From contig NIVC01000890.1 in the NCBI GenBank assembly GCA_002269645.1, positions 124,001 through 188,000 of the forward strand: a stretch of 64,000 bases of DNA, given 5' to 3'. The stretch comes from Macrostomum lignano. Lineage: Eukaryota. Below the pieces are notes generated by a model. The model saw nothing but the letters and a program-made list of their open reading frames with translations, had not been told where the DNA came from and ran no database searches. This document shows, piece after piece, positions 1-10,695 of this stretch. Numbering within the stretch: the first letter of the stretch is position 1; every line of letters starts with the position of its first letter. The translations under genes and the position numbers were made by a program.

Positions 1-504
1 ACAGGACTGACTGCGCGCAGACAGAAGACAGCCAACAATGGGCTCTGTCGAGATTTGCTGATCTACAGCGGAAGTGAGACGAATGAAGAAAAAGCAGAAA
101 GGTGCACACGAAGCACACTTGGTAGAGAGGCGATCGGGTTGGAATTGCGACCTGAGTGTGAGCGAACTAAGCTGAGACAATGGGGATCGGACTTTCACTT
201 GGGGGAAGTAGATCCTGTGTCCGACGGCTTTCTCAGCGTCACACATCAACTAAAGCAGAGTGTACTAAAGCTAAAAAAAATTGAACACGCTCAACATACG
301 ATCCTATGGTTGATTGGTCATCTGATTTGTTTACTTTTTCATGCTAACAATAAATTTTCAGGGAATCGGTGAATGAAATTTCGTCTTGAATTTAAACGAG
401 ATGGGATGAAAAAATGCAAAGAGCGAAGGCTGAAGTTTGCATTGTGTCTAGTGACTTCTTGAGAATTCTGTGCAGCATTGGTAGTGCAGATTGAAAAGTA
501 GTAC

Positions 505-798
505 AGTCAGGCATGGTAACCCTTAGGGAAAAATCCGCAGTGAGGAATGCCCAGTGTGCCTCTCCGGTGTCGAGAATGCAGAGCACTTCATCTGTGAATG
601 CCCCGCCTTTACTCAGGACAGGCTCACCTATCTTGGCCCAAACCCGAACCTCTCCGACGTTCACAGGCTCGAGAACCTCTGCCCAGATAGTCTGCTATCT
701 AAGGGCTACCAACGGCCGGGAGCGACCATCCACTTCCTGGACTCTTCAGAGGAGGACCGCGCTGCATCCGCTGCATCCCTGCAGCTGTGTCAAGTTAA
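505..798 (+). mobile_element. 5'-truncated, decayed 3' remnant of a LOA-like non-LTR retrotransposon
   Basis: Frame from 542 reads EECPVCLSGVENAEHFICECPAFTQDRLTYLGP, homologous to CSFCNSGDETAEHFVSICPAFTRARLTYLGP at the end of ORF2 of the element at 1518-7419. Ends in ccctgcagct..gtcaagt like that element's 3' end. In-frame TAG at 524. Confidence 0.8.
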
Positions 799-1323
799 GA
801 GCTGTCTAAATTGCAGGTATTGGTTTTGTTAAAACAGACAGCATGGGAAATGGCCCGTAGTCAATGTTTAAATTCTATGATACTGTCATATTGGAAGTTC
901 AAAAGTACGTAAAAAAGACCAGGAAAATTGCAATTTCTACTACACCATATTGCATCTTATTCTTAGCATCGAGCAAATCTGAAGTCTTAAATCAGAAATG
1001 GTGATTGCTTTGCCACCCAGAAAGAGCGAGGTTAAAGCCACGCTTGATCAGTTTTGGCCTGGGCCGAGTCCCAGCGGACTGCATTAAACCCATACGATTG
1101 GCACAGTGCACCTATTGCCATAGCAGAAATATGAAAATTTCATTTACGCAATTCTCTCGACTTCTATGCGGCATGGAACTGCAATTTGAATTTTTTTACG
1201 CCCAGTCACAAATCAGGCTGTAAGAGTAGCTGTTGAGTCCTTTTGAGTCCCCTGTTTGAAACCAGCGACCAGTGTTTTCTCTCTCGATTTTTCCGAATTT
1301 ACAAAACCATATTTACAAAACCA

Positions 1324-1517
1324 GTCAGAAGAGTCGCTAAACTTTATGTCAGGTTGTCAGAAGAGTCGCTAAACTTTATGTCAGGTTGTCAGAAGAGTCG
1401 CTAAACTTTATGTCAGGTTGTCAGAAGAGTCGCTAAACTTTACGTCAGGTTGTCAGAAGAGTCGCTAAACTTTACGTCAGGTTGTCAGAAGAGTCGCTAA
1501 ACTTTACGTCAGGTTGT
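1324..1517. repeat. 32-bp minisatellite, left part (GTCAGAAGAGTCGCTAAACTTTAYGTCAGGTT)n
   Basis: About 6 near-perfect units with period 32; the array resumes at 7420 after the LINE. Confidence 0.97.
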
Positions 1518-1806
1518 GCACGCGAAGGCGTATTCAGCATGCCAGTGAAGTATGAGACAGACTAGGCCCATGGGCTAAGGTCTGCGATGCTTCACGCCTG
1601 CCCCTATCTTCAGCAGGTCAAGGCTGGTGGGAGGTCTGCACCCTCTATTTGCCTCTGGCAGCCGCAGACCCCCCCCCCCCACGCTGTCTCGCAAGTCGAC
1701 CCAGGGTACTCGTCCCCGCGTGTGTTCAAGGCAGTCCCTAGGGCTGCTGGACAGACTGGGCTCCGGCGCTGGCGACCCTATCCAGTGGCTTCGGCCGAAT
1801 TTGGGT
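1518..1806 (+). ncRNA. HDV-like self-cleaving ribozyme at the LINE 5' end (predicted)
   Basis: P1 GCACGCG 1518-24 / CGCGUGU 1717-23 (G1-U wobble); P2 ACCCA 1699-1703 / UGGGU 1802-06; P3 GGG 1704-06 / CCC 1714-16; L3 UACUCGU; P1.1 A1708-U1725 and C1709-G1724; J4/2 C1796-G-A-A-U. G1 is the first base after the TSD. Confidence 0.85.
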
Positions 1807-2038
1807 ATGCGGGTCTGGCTCGCCAACCTGCAGGCCGTGGTACTGCTCAACGTACTCTCTAATGCCTAAGGTGTTGACCGTGCCGATGGGCTGGAAGGCC
1901 GGGGAGTAGTCCGGTCGCAAGCGGTCCCCCTCCTGGTGTCGGGCCAGCCTTGAGGGTGCTATTGGCCTACTGCCCGGTCAGGTGGAGCGGCCGGGTGGGT
2001 ACCGCGCCCCTTTGAGGGTAGCCCACCAACCTTTTATC

Positions 2039-3559
2039 ATGGCCTTCGAGCCGACTATGGATAAACAAGCTATTTCTAGGGACGGGGACCCTTCTAAACC
2101 CCAACCTCAGTCCGAAGGACCGGCCGGCCCTGCTGGCAGATCCCAACCGACTGATTCAACTGTGGCAAAGGAAGGACCGGCTGGCTCTGCTGGCAGATCC
2201 GACCAGAGCTACCAAACTCAAAATACCCTAAGACCTGCCAGCTCCGCTGGTGGATCTAAGGGAACCGCGAGCTCTGAGCCTAAAGGACCGGCCAAATCTG
2301 GCAGATCCGATGAAGCTCAGCGGGCTCGGCTTGAGCGCAAACGCGCTAAACAACGCGCCAAAAGGCAGGCCAAGAAGGGAGCTGCGGGGGCCAAAGCGGC
2401 GGCGTCCACCATGGATGCTGAAGCGACTGGAGTCCCAAGGCAACCAGGCGGGCCGGCCGGTGGAAGCTCCAGTAGTTCAGCGGCGGCGCTCCCTGGAGCT
2501 GCTGCCGCGGCTGCTGAGGCCGAAACCACGGCGCAACAAATGGCCACTGCCAACAAGGAGGTTCCTTCGGGAGCTACCTTTGCGGCGAAGGCCAAGGCCA
2601 AAATCCCGGGAGTGATCATCCAAGGTCGCGACCAGGACTGGACCACTGATCAGCTTCAAAAAGTGTGGAGTGCTGTTGACTCCTATCTGATTGAGCTGAC
2701 TGTCGAGGAGGGAATCTCCATCGGCGTTGAGCGGATGGTGCTGCGAAGCACATTCGTTCTTATTGCTCCTAGCAGCGAGGAGGACGCTCGGCGGCTGCTC
2801 CAGCGGCTACCGACGGTCTCCTTGGATGCTGACCTTGGTGGAGCTCTTTTTCTTCGCGAGGGCCAGCGTCCAAAGACGATACCCTATGTGGTTTTCGTCC
2901 CTGCTAAGAGCACCGCAGCTGGACCAGACGTTATTCGCCGGGTCCTACTGCGTCTGAACCCCGACCTCCCTGCTAGTGGACTGGTGTATCACCGCAAAGT
3001 CCGCAGGGGGGAGACGGGCAACTCAATTGTCCTCGGCCTTTCCAGCACTTGGGCGAGTCGGTACCCTAATGGATCCTCTTTCCAGCTGGGTGCCCTCAAG
3101 CTCAAGTTGCGCCGAGGAAAGTCTGCCAAAGGGAAGGCTACTGCCAACCCCGGCATCTCCGGCAAGAGCGGGGCGCAGTCTAAGGCCCAAGGAAAGGCGC
3201 AAGCCGATCCCAAAGCCAAAGCTGCATCTCGCCCCTCTGCTAGCAGCAGTTCGGCGACCGCGGTAACGGCTCCGGCCGAGCCCCGGGAACCAAACCTGCC
3301 AGTCGGAGAAGGAGTTGAGGACGAGGCCGGGTCTTCGGAATCCGAGCTCTCCTCGGCCACCTTGGTGGGGTCTGAAGGTAAAGATGCAGGTGAGGAAGCT
3401 TCCTCCATCCTGTCATCGGAGCCTGAGGACTCTGCTGGGGGGCCGGTGGGGGTGAGGAGGCCATGGACGTCGACCAACTCCCATCTCCCAGTCAAGCCCC
3501 AGCGGCCTGGGACGAGGACGATCTGTTGTCCAAGTCTCCTTGATGGCCCTGGGCTCTAG
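2039..3559 (+). CDS. LINE ORF1 protein (low-complexity basic/acidic termini, central DUF4780-like domain, no CCHC knuckle)
   Basis: Open frame 1982-3559 with first ATG at 2039 (MAFEP). The central segment VLLRLNPDLP...GNSIVLGL...FQLGALKLKLR resembles LOA ORF1 domains (recalled similarity, not searched). A possible -1 slip in the G5 run at 3448-52 would give an acidic C-terminus ending at 3543. Confidence 0.8.
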   Translation: MAFEPTMDKQAISRDGDPSKPQPQSEGPAGPAGRSQPTDSTVAKEGPAGSAGRSDQSYQTQNTLRPASSAGGSKGTASSEPKGPAKSGRSDEAQRARLERKRAKQRAKRQAKKGAAGAKAAASTMDAEATGVPRQPGGPAGGSSSSSAAALPGAAAAAAEAETTAQQMATANKEVPSGATFAAKAKAKIPGVIIQGRDQDWTTDQLQKVWSAVDSYLIELTVEEGISIGVERMVLRSTFVLIAPSSEEDARRLLQRLPTVSLDADLGGALFLREGQRPKTIPYVVFVPAKSTAAGPDVIRRVLLRLNPDLPASGLVYHRKVRRGETGNSIVLGLSSTWASRYPNGSSFQLGALKLKLRRGKSAKGKATANPGISGKSGAQSKAQGKAQADPKAKAASRPSASSSSATAVTAPAEPREPNLPVGEGVEDEAGSSESELSSATLVGSEGKDAGEEASSILSSEPEDSAGGPVGVRRPWTSTNSHLPVKPQRPGTRTICCPSLLDGPGL

Positions 3560-3582
3560 CCAGATATTGCATTTAATACAGT

Positions 3583-6500
3583 ATGACTAAGCTCCACGCT
3601 GCCAAAGGAGCGACATTCTGTCTGCAAATAAATTTACAGCATTGCGTATCTGCGTCAGTAAATCTGATGAAGATTGCTGAGCTGTACAGGCCAGGCCTCA
3701 TCCTGATCCAGGAACCCTGGATGCGCAACGGTAAGTTGCCCAACATTCCCTCTGGCTACTCTGATTTTTATGTGTGTGGCCCGGGGAACAGCCGCCCTAG
3801 AGCGGCTATCCTCGCTGCTAGCCATCTCCAGGCTTGGCTGAGGACTGATCTCTCTGATGGAGACCTTTGCGTCATCCAATCTAATCATTTCTCTCCGCGT
3901 ACGTGTCTTGTTGCCTCGGTTTATATCCCAGGCGACAGAGACCCTGCTCCGAGAGTTTACTGCGCCTTGCGCAGTACTGCGAGTCCCAGAACGCTGAGCT
4001 GTGCTTAGGGGGCGACCTCAACGCGCACCACAAGCACTGGGGCAGCAAAGATACCAACACTAGAGGAGAGGAGCTTCTGGCCCTCATCTCTAACACAAAC
4101 CTCATGCTCTGCAACCGCGGCAGCACTCCTACCTTTAATAATGGCAGATGGACCGAGGTCCTCGACGCCACACTCGTTACCCCAAGACTCTTTGACAGAG
4201 TCAAGGAGTGGAGAGTCTGGTCTGAGGAGCCCTCCCTGTCTGACCACTGCTTTATCGCCTTTAATATCGCGGACACTAAAACCCAGTCTCCGATCACTTG
4301 GAGACGCAATATCCGCAACACTGATTGGGCGGCCTACAAGGCTGCCCTTGATCTGCACCTGCAGGAACTCACGGACTTACGTCCGATTGAGACCTGCGAG
4401 GATGTGGATCATATGGCTGAGACGCTGACAGGTTGCATTATTGCAGCCTACGAAGCGGCTTGTCCTGCTCGCGCCTACAGAGGCAAGACCTCGGCGCCGT
4501 GGTGGAACCCGGAGCTGGGGAAACTCAGGCGGAAGGCCAAAAGCCTTCATCGCCGTGCCATGAAGACCGGAAACCCGGAGGACATGGAGCTTTTCCGGCA
4601 AGCCTCCCGCAATTTCAAATCTGAAGTGCGCAAGGCCAAGGAATGTAAGTGGCGCCAATTCTGCAATGAATTGGATCAAGACAGACCTACTTCTAGGCTT
4701 GTCAAGGCCCTTACAATGGACAAAATGTCCAAATTAGCCATGATAAAAAAGATGATGGCTCTCTTACTAAAGACCCTGAAGAAGTGCTTCAGCATATGCT
4801 TAGCACATTCTTCCCGAGGGTACCTACTGCTAGACCGGAGCCCAACCATTCGATGGATGGAGCCACCCTAGCGGCGGGCATTGTCACTGAAGACCTAATC
4901 GCTCGTGCGGTCAGAACCTTCAAACCCTTCAAATCTCCTGGACCTGATGGTATCTACCCTGTTCTCCTTCGTGAAGCAGCCAAGATACCCTCGTTCCTGA
5001 GACTCACCCGCAATCTTATGCGGGCCTCTATCCAGCTGGGATACGTTCCCAAAAGCTGGACTGAAGCTCGAGTAGTCTTTATTCCCAAACCTGGGAAGGG
5101 TGACTACCAAAGCGTCAAGGCCTTCCGGCCAATTAGCTTAACGTCAGCAATGCTTAAGCTCACTGAGAGGCTTATTCTCTGGCGGCTGCTCTCCTGCGAG
5201 CTGACAGCGATGCCCCTCAGCAATAATCAGCACGCCTTCCGTACCGGGAGGTCGACTGACAGCGCCCTGCATGCGATTGTCGAAAAGATTGAACGGGCGG
5301 TACTGGGTGACGGTTACGCCCTGGCTCTCTTTCTTGACATTGTTGGCGCCTTCGACAACGTTATCTTTGAAGCGTTTCAGAGGGCCCTTCAAAATCGCAA
5401 AGCTCATGCTACCCTCATACGGTGGATCATGTACATGATCTCCAACCGTACGGTCACTGCCCAACTTCTTGGGCAAACTGCCTCCACCAGAGTCTGTAAG
5501 GGTGGACCCCAAGGCGGAGTCCTCACCCCGACGCTCTGGAACCTGGTCATGGACGCTCTTCTGAGTGACTCCCGACCTGACCCCGTCTTCAAAGTCGGGT
5601 ATGCTGATGACGTCACGGCCATTGTGGCAGGACCGTCTCCCAGCACGCTCAGGGATCTGATGCAGAGCTTTATCCGCAAAGCAGAATCCTGGGCCAATGA
5701 CAATGGTTTGGAACTCTCTGAGCCCAAAACCGTTGCCATTATGTTTACCAGCAGACTACGCTGGAACATACGTCCTCTGCAGCTCTACGGCAGAGATATT
5801 GCCTTCGCGCACCAGACCAGATGTCTCGGGGTCACACTTGACCACCGGCTCAACTGGTCCTTCCACGTGAAAGCAAAAGCTAAGCGTGCCTCAGCCATCC
5901 TGGCCCAGCTCCGACGAGCACTTGGCACTTCTTGGGGTCTATCCCCAAAGCGGCTTTGGTGGATCTATACTTCCGTAGTTAGACCTGCCATTACGTACGC
6001 CTCTGTTGTCTGGGTTAGCGCTACCCAGGTCAAAAGCCATGCAGACCTGCTCAACACGATCCAAGGCAGAGCGTGTAGGCTCATCTGCAACGCCACCAGG
6101 TCCACGCCCTTTGCTGGCATGGGGGCCTTTCTTAATCTTCCGCCTCTTGACCTCTTCATCAGGGGTGAGGCGGCTAGAACGACGCGGCGTCTAATTGATG
6201 CCGGCGTCAAATTCATTTACATGAGAGCACCTGCTAAGCGGAACCTTGTCCCGCATAGCGATCTGTGCCTCAACTTTCTCAACGAGTGTCAGGCCAATCG
6301 CGTCTTCACCGATGGCATTGCCTCAACGCTCAACCTGAGACAGCGCTACTCCGTAGCTATCGACTCGCGCGATAACATCAATGACCATTGGAACCCTGGT
6401 GAGCTTCATTGCTACACCGACGGTTCTAAGCAGTCAGCCAACACCGGCTTTGGTGTTGGAATCTTTCTGAACGGGAGGGTCATCGCTACCCACGCTCAAT

Positions 6501-7321
6501 ACACTGGGGTCAACTCCAGTGTTTTCCAAAATGAAGTTCTGGCCATCAGCTCCTGCACTGCAGAGCTTCTCGCCACTGGCGTTACTGGTAAGAACATCAT
6601 TTTCCATTCGGACAGCCAAGCTGCCTTGCACGCCATCAGTGGCTGCAGCACCAACTCTGCTACAGTCCTTGACTGTATCAAACTCCTCAATGTGTTGGGT
6701 TCCGCCAACAAAATTACCCTTAAGTGGGTTCCGGGGCATGTGGGGATCCGAGGAAATGAGTTGGCTGACACCCTTGCAAAAGTTGGTGCCTCCGGCTCCT
6801 CTCTCGGCCCCGAACCTCTTGTCCCGATTCCTGGCTGTGTCATCGACTCGCGCATCAAAGCGTGGATCAGGACTCAGCACCGCTCGACTTGGGCGAACCG
6901 CACGAACTGCAGGCAATCCAGAGGCGCTGTCCCTCAGCCCTCTCACCAGCTCCGGAAGCTCCTCTTGCGCCTCTCGCGCAGAGACATCCGGGCTGCCACC
7001 ATGACCCTCTCTGGTCACGGCTGCTTCTCCAGGCACCAGTACCTGCAGGGCAACGCCACCAACGCCACCTGTAGTTTCTGCAACTCAGGTGACGAAACCG
7101 CTGAGCATTTCGTCAGCATCTGTCCCGCCTTCACGCGGGCCAGACTCACTTACCTCGGGCCACACACATCTATTACTGAAGCGTGCAAACCCGAAAACTT
7201 TAATCAGCTCATGCGCTACCTTCGGGCCACCCGCAGGGCTGAACTCTCCTTTCCAGAGAGCACCATAGCTGCTGGCGACACTGGGGGACCTCCCTGGGCG
7301 GCGCCAACCCTCCGTCCATAG
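3583..7321 (+). CDS. LINE ORF2 polyprotein: AP endonuclease - reverse transcriptase - RNase H - CCHC, with two 1-nt frameshifts
   Basis: APE motifs QINLQH, IQEPW, GGDLNAHH, LDATL and SDH; RT; RNase H YTDGSK, SDSQAAL and WVPGHVGIRGNELADTLAK. Frames join by adding one base at about 3950 (ctcc|gag) and one in the A6 run at 4745-50. Confidence 0.93.
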
Positions 7322-7419
7322 CGACGCGTCGGCCGTTCAGGGACTAGCGGAATGGGCGCCCGCGCCTTCCCGCTGTGTCCCCTCCGGGACAGCCCTGCAG
7401 CTAAGTCAAGTAAGTCAAG

Positions 7420-7850
7420 TACGTCAGGTTGTCAGAAGAGTCGCTAAACTTTATGTCAGGTTGTCAGAAGAGTCGCTAAACTTTACGTCAGGTTGTCAGA
7501 AGAGTCGCTAAACTTTACGTCAGGTTGTCAGAAGAGTCGCTAAACTTTATGTCAGGTTGTCAGAAGAGTCGCTAAACTTTATGTCAGGTTGTCAGAAGAG
7601 TCGCTAAACTTTATGTCAGGTTGTCAGAAGAGTCGCTAAACTTTACGTCAGGTTGTCAGAAGAGTCGCTAAACTTTATGCCAGGTTGTCAGAAGAGTCGC
7701 TAAACTTTATGTCAGGTTGTCAGAAGAGTCGCTAAACTTTATGTCAGGTTGTCAGGAGAAAAGCTAAAATTTATGTCAGGTTGTCAGAAGAGTCGCTAAA
7801 CTTATGTCAGGTTGTCAGAAGAGTCGCTAAAATTTATGTCAGATGTCAGG
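7420..7850. repeat. 32-bp minisatellite, right part
   Basis: About 13 units of the same monomer as 1324-1517, decaying at the right end. Confidence 0.97.
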
Positions 7851-7963
7851 AGAGAAAACAAACCTAAAATCAGGAGATGCGCAAACTAATTTTAGTAAAT
7901 GGATATTCGTGCTCAGGTGACAACCGTACATTCATGCCCAACAAAGAAGCGCAGCTGTCTCAC

Positions 7964-8522
7964 CTGCGATAAGTCCGAACTGCCGAGCCAGCAGCAGGTA
8001 GACAATCACTCCAGTTCGCTCCTTCTTGGTGGTCACTCTGACCACGTCGGCGTACAGCGGCGGCTCGGCGCCGGCCCCGACGCCAGCCACGAACCTGCCC
8101 AGGAAGATCAGCCAGGGCTGAGGCGCCACAAAGTACAGCAGGTTGCCGGCAATCTCCAGCTGGTTGGCCGCGATCAGCAGAAACTTCACCCTGACGTAGT
8201 TGCGCTGCGACAGCCAGCCGAACAGCGGGGTGCACACCAGAGCCGAGATGTTGAACGCCGCCAGGGTGGCGCCGTAGAAGCGCACAGCGGCTGACATGTC
8301 GAATTTGTTGTAAAAGTACAGCCACAGAGTGGGCAAGATGATGGCGCGTTCAACTCCGGTGAGCAGGCCCCAGGTGGAGCCGATCAGCACTACGCGAAGT
8401 TTAGCTGTGAGGCATCGGCAGCAGCAGCAGTCGGCCATTGAGTCGCAGCATCGGTTCACCGGCTGGTCGCTGACCAGGCCTCGGTTCTCGTCAGTTTGAA
8501 GGCTCTGCTGCTTCGACACCAT
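7964..8522 (-). CDS. MFS transporter (MFSD8/CLN7-like), first coding exon; gene continues left of the window
   Basis: ATG at 8522. TM helices GLLTGVERAIILPTLWLY, FYGATLAAFNISALVCTPLFGWLSQR (motif A region) and LIFLGRFVAGVGAG (motif B). Donor CAG|GTGAGA after 7964 (phase 1). No further exon was recognised in the window. Confidence 0.85.
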
Positions 8523-9290
8523 GATTGCTAAACGGACTTTGTTTTCAAATTCTGTTTCCAGATTCTGAGCAGTCAATTTATTTCGTCAATCTTCCCTAAC
8601 AAGGCTGCAGCGGTGCTTTTTCTCCCCAGGGAGATTATCGACAGAGATTGGCAGGACTGGATTGAGTTCTGCTGCTGCCATCCGTTTTCAAAGGAACGAA
8701 TGCAAACACAGCCGCGAGCGACCAATCAGCTGAGAGTTCAATTCCGGACCGGGGCTAAAAACTCTTTGAAGCATGCCGAGACTCCCTGCTGGCTGGATAA
8801 TTGCCTCTATTGCAAGCCAATCTTGACATTCTCCGCGAGAAAAAATCAGATAAGCGAGAGACAAATTTAATTGAAGCCATTCTGAGCTTGTTTTACCAAC
8901 TTTTATGGCCTACCATTTGTACATTCCGATTGTGTGAATTAATGTACACTGGACTACCGCTAGCGGTTTCAAATGCGCACAGAGTATATTATGTACCTAT
9001 AAAGTTGAAATAGCGACCCCCCAGATGTAAAGCCATGAGCCCTACATATGTACATGTATGTTCGGTTAATAGATAGATAGACGCACAAAAACTAGCGAGC
9101 TCGGAGAACATGCAGGCAGCAATGGGGCAGGCGGCTGTGGTCTATGAGGCTGCAGCTCCTGCAAAGTCAGCCACCAAACAGTGCCCGCCAGCGTCACAGT
9201 TCGCCCTTGGCGTTTGCGCTCCCCGTGACTCCGGAGGCAGTGGCCCAGCAGCATCTGGGGGCGCCGGAGCAGGGTCACGCTCAGGAACAA

Positions 9291-9932
9291 GCTCATAAAC
9301 TCACAAGCTCATAAACTCACAAGATCACAAAGTGACAAGCTCATTAAGTCACAAGCTCATGAAGTCACAAGATCACAAAGTGACAAGCTCATAAAGTCAC
9401 AAGATCACAAAGTGACAAGCTCATTAAGTCACAAGATCACAAAGTGACAAGCTCATAAAGACACAAGATCACAAAGTGACAAGCTCATAAAGTCACAAGA
9501 TCACAAAGTGACAAGCTCATTAAGTCACAAGCTCATGAAGTCACAAGATCACAAAGTGACAAGCTCATTAAGTCACAAGATCACAAAGTGACAAGCTCAT
9601 AAAGTCACAATATCACAAAGTGACAAGCTCATTAAGTCACAAGCTCATGAAGTCACAAGATCACAAATTGACAAGCTCATTAAGTCACAAGATCACAAAG
9701 TGACAAGCTCATAAATTCACAAGATCATGAAGTCACAAGATCACAAAGTGACAAGCTCATTAAGTCACAAGATCACAAAGTGACAAGCTCATAAATTCAC
9801 AAGATCACAAAGTGACAAGCTCATAAATTCACAAGATCACAAAGTGACAAGCTCATTAAGTCACATGATCACAAAGTGACAAGCTCATTAAGTCACAAGA
9901 TCACAAAGTGACAAGCTCATAAAGTCACAAGA
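9291..9932. repeat. Compound minisatellite of 10-bp-related subunits (CACAAGCTCATAAAGT / CACAAGAT / CACAAAGTGA), about 30-bp period
   Basis: Direct tandem repetition. Confidence 0.92.
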
Positions 9933-10415
9933 CGTAGAGGGGGCAACGCTCCGCTCTGTAGTCTGTAACTGGCGCCTCAAACCCTCTCAATTTTCATAAA
10001 ACCGTTATATGATTTGGTCCTATCTCTAAAGGCCCCTCATGGCAAGTGCAGTTGAGTGCCGTGATCCACGGCATGCATGCAAATATAGTTCGTAAGCGTG
10101 CAGTACAAAATTTCAAAATCGTGCAGAATAAACAGCATTTCAACTGCATTTTAGAACATCATGGGCATCAGGCCGGAACTTGAATTAAAAATTGGGCAAT
10201 TATAGTTTATCCATCTATTATACTCAATAGTCTCTTAGTCATACACTGTATCTCCTGTGCTCACTTCACTGTACTAACTGTAGAGCTCTACTTAATTGCG
10301 AGGACCAATAGATAAAACGTATCCTGTAAAATTGTTCATTGATGTATGTACATACAATATTACGCCATGATATGTGATTAAGGTATGTAATTAATTAGGT
10401 ATCTAGCCCAGTAAG

Positions 10416-10695
10416 AGACAGGGGCGCCCACCAAATGACAGGGGCGCCCACCAAATGACAGGGGCGCCCACCAAATGACAGGGGCGCCCACCAAATGACA
10501 GGGGCGCCCACCAAATGACAGGGGCGCCCACCAAATGACAGGGGCGCCCACCAATGACAGGGGCGCCCACCAAATGACAGAAGCGCCCACCAAATGACAG
10601 GGGCGCCCACCAAATGACAGAAGCGCCCACCAAATGACAGGGGCGCCCATCAAGAGACAGGGGCGCTCACTAAAAGACAGGGGCGCCCACCAAGA
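10416..10695. repeat. 20-bp minisatellite (GACAGGGGCGCCCACCAAAT)n
   Basis: About 14 units; explains the ORFs at 10378-10653. Confidence 0.95.

Larger units (their letters stand above)
1518..7419 (+). mobile_element. Full-length non-LTR retrotransposon, LOA clade / R1-I group (5.9 kb)
   Basis: 13-bp TSD TACGTCAGGTTGT at 1505-1517 and 7420-7432; two ORFs; 3' tail (TAAGTCAAG)2 at 7402-7419. RT motifs DIVGAFDNV, GPQGGVLTPTLWNLVMD and YADD, an RNase H domain and a C-terminal CX2CX7HX4C are typical of LOA-type elements. Confidence 0.95.

Noticed and set aside
1-250. Open minus-strand frame as the next MFS exon
   Set aside because: The translation has no MFS-like hydrophobic helices or motifs.
2228-7074. 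Numerous antisense and alternate-frame ORFs over the LINE, and similar ones over CPT1, p38 and MFS exons
   Set aside because: Shadow ORFs of GC-rich coding sequence with no independent motifs.
9110-9298. GC-rich 62-aa ORF upstream of the MFS gene
   Set aside because: Low-complexity, no motif, runs into a minisatellite; possibly a TE end but unsupported.
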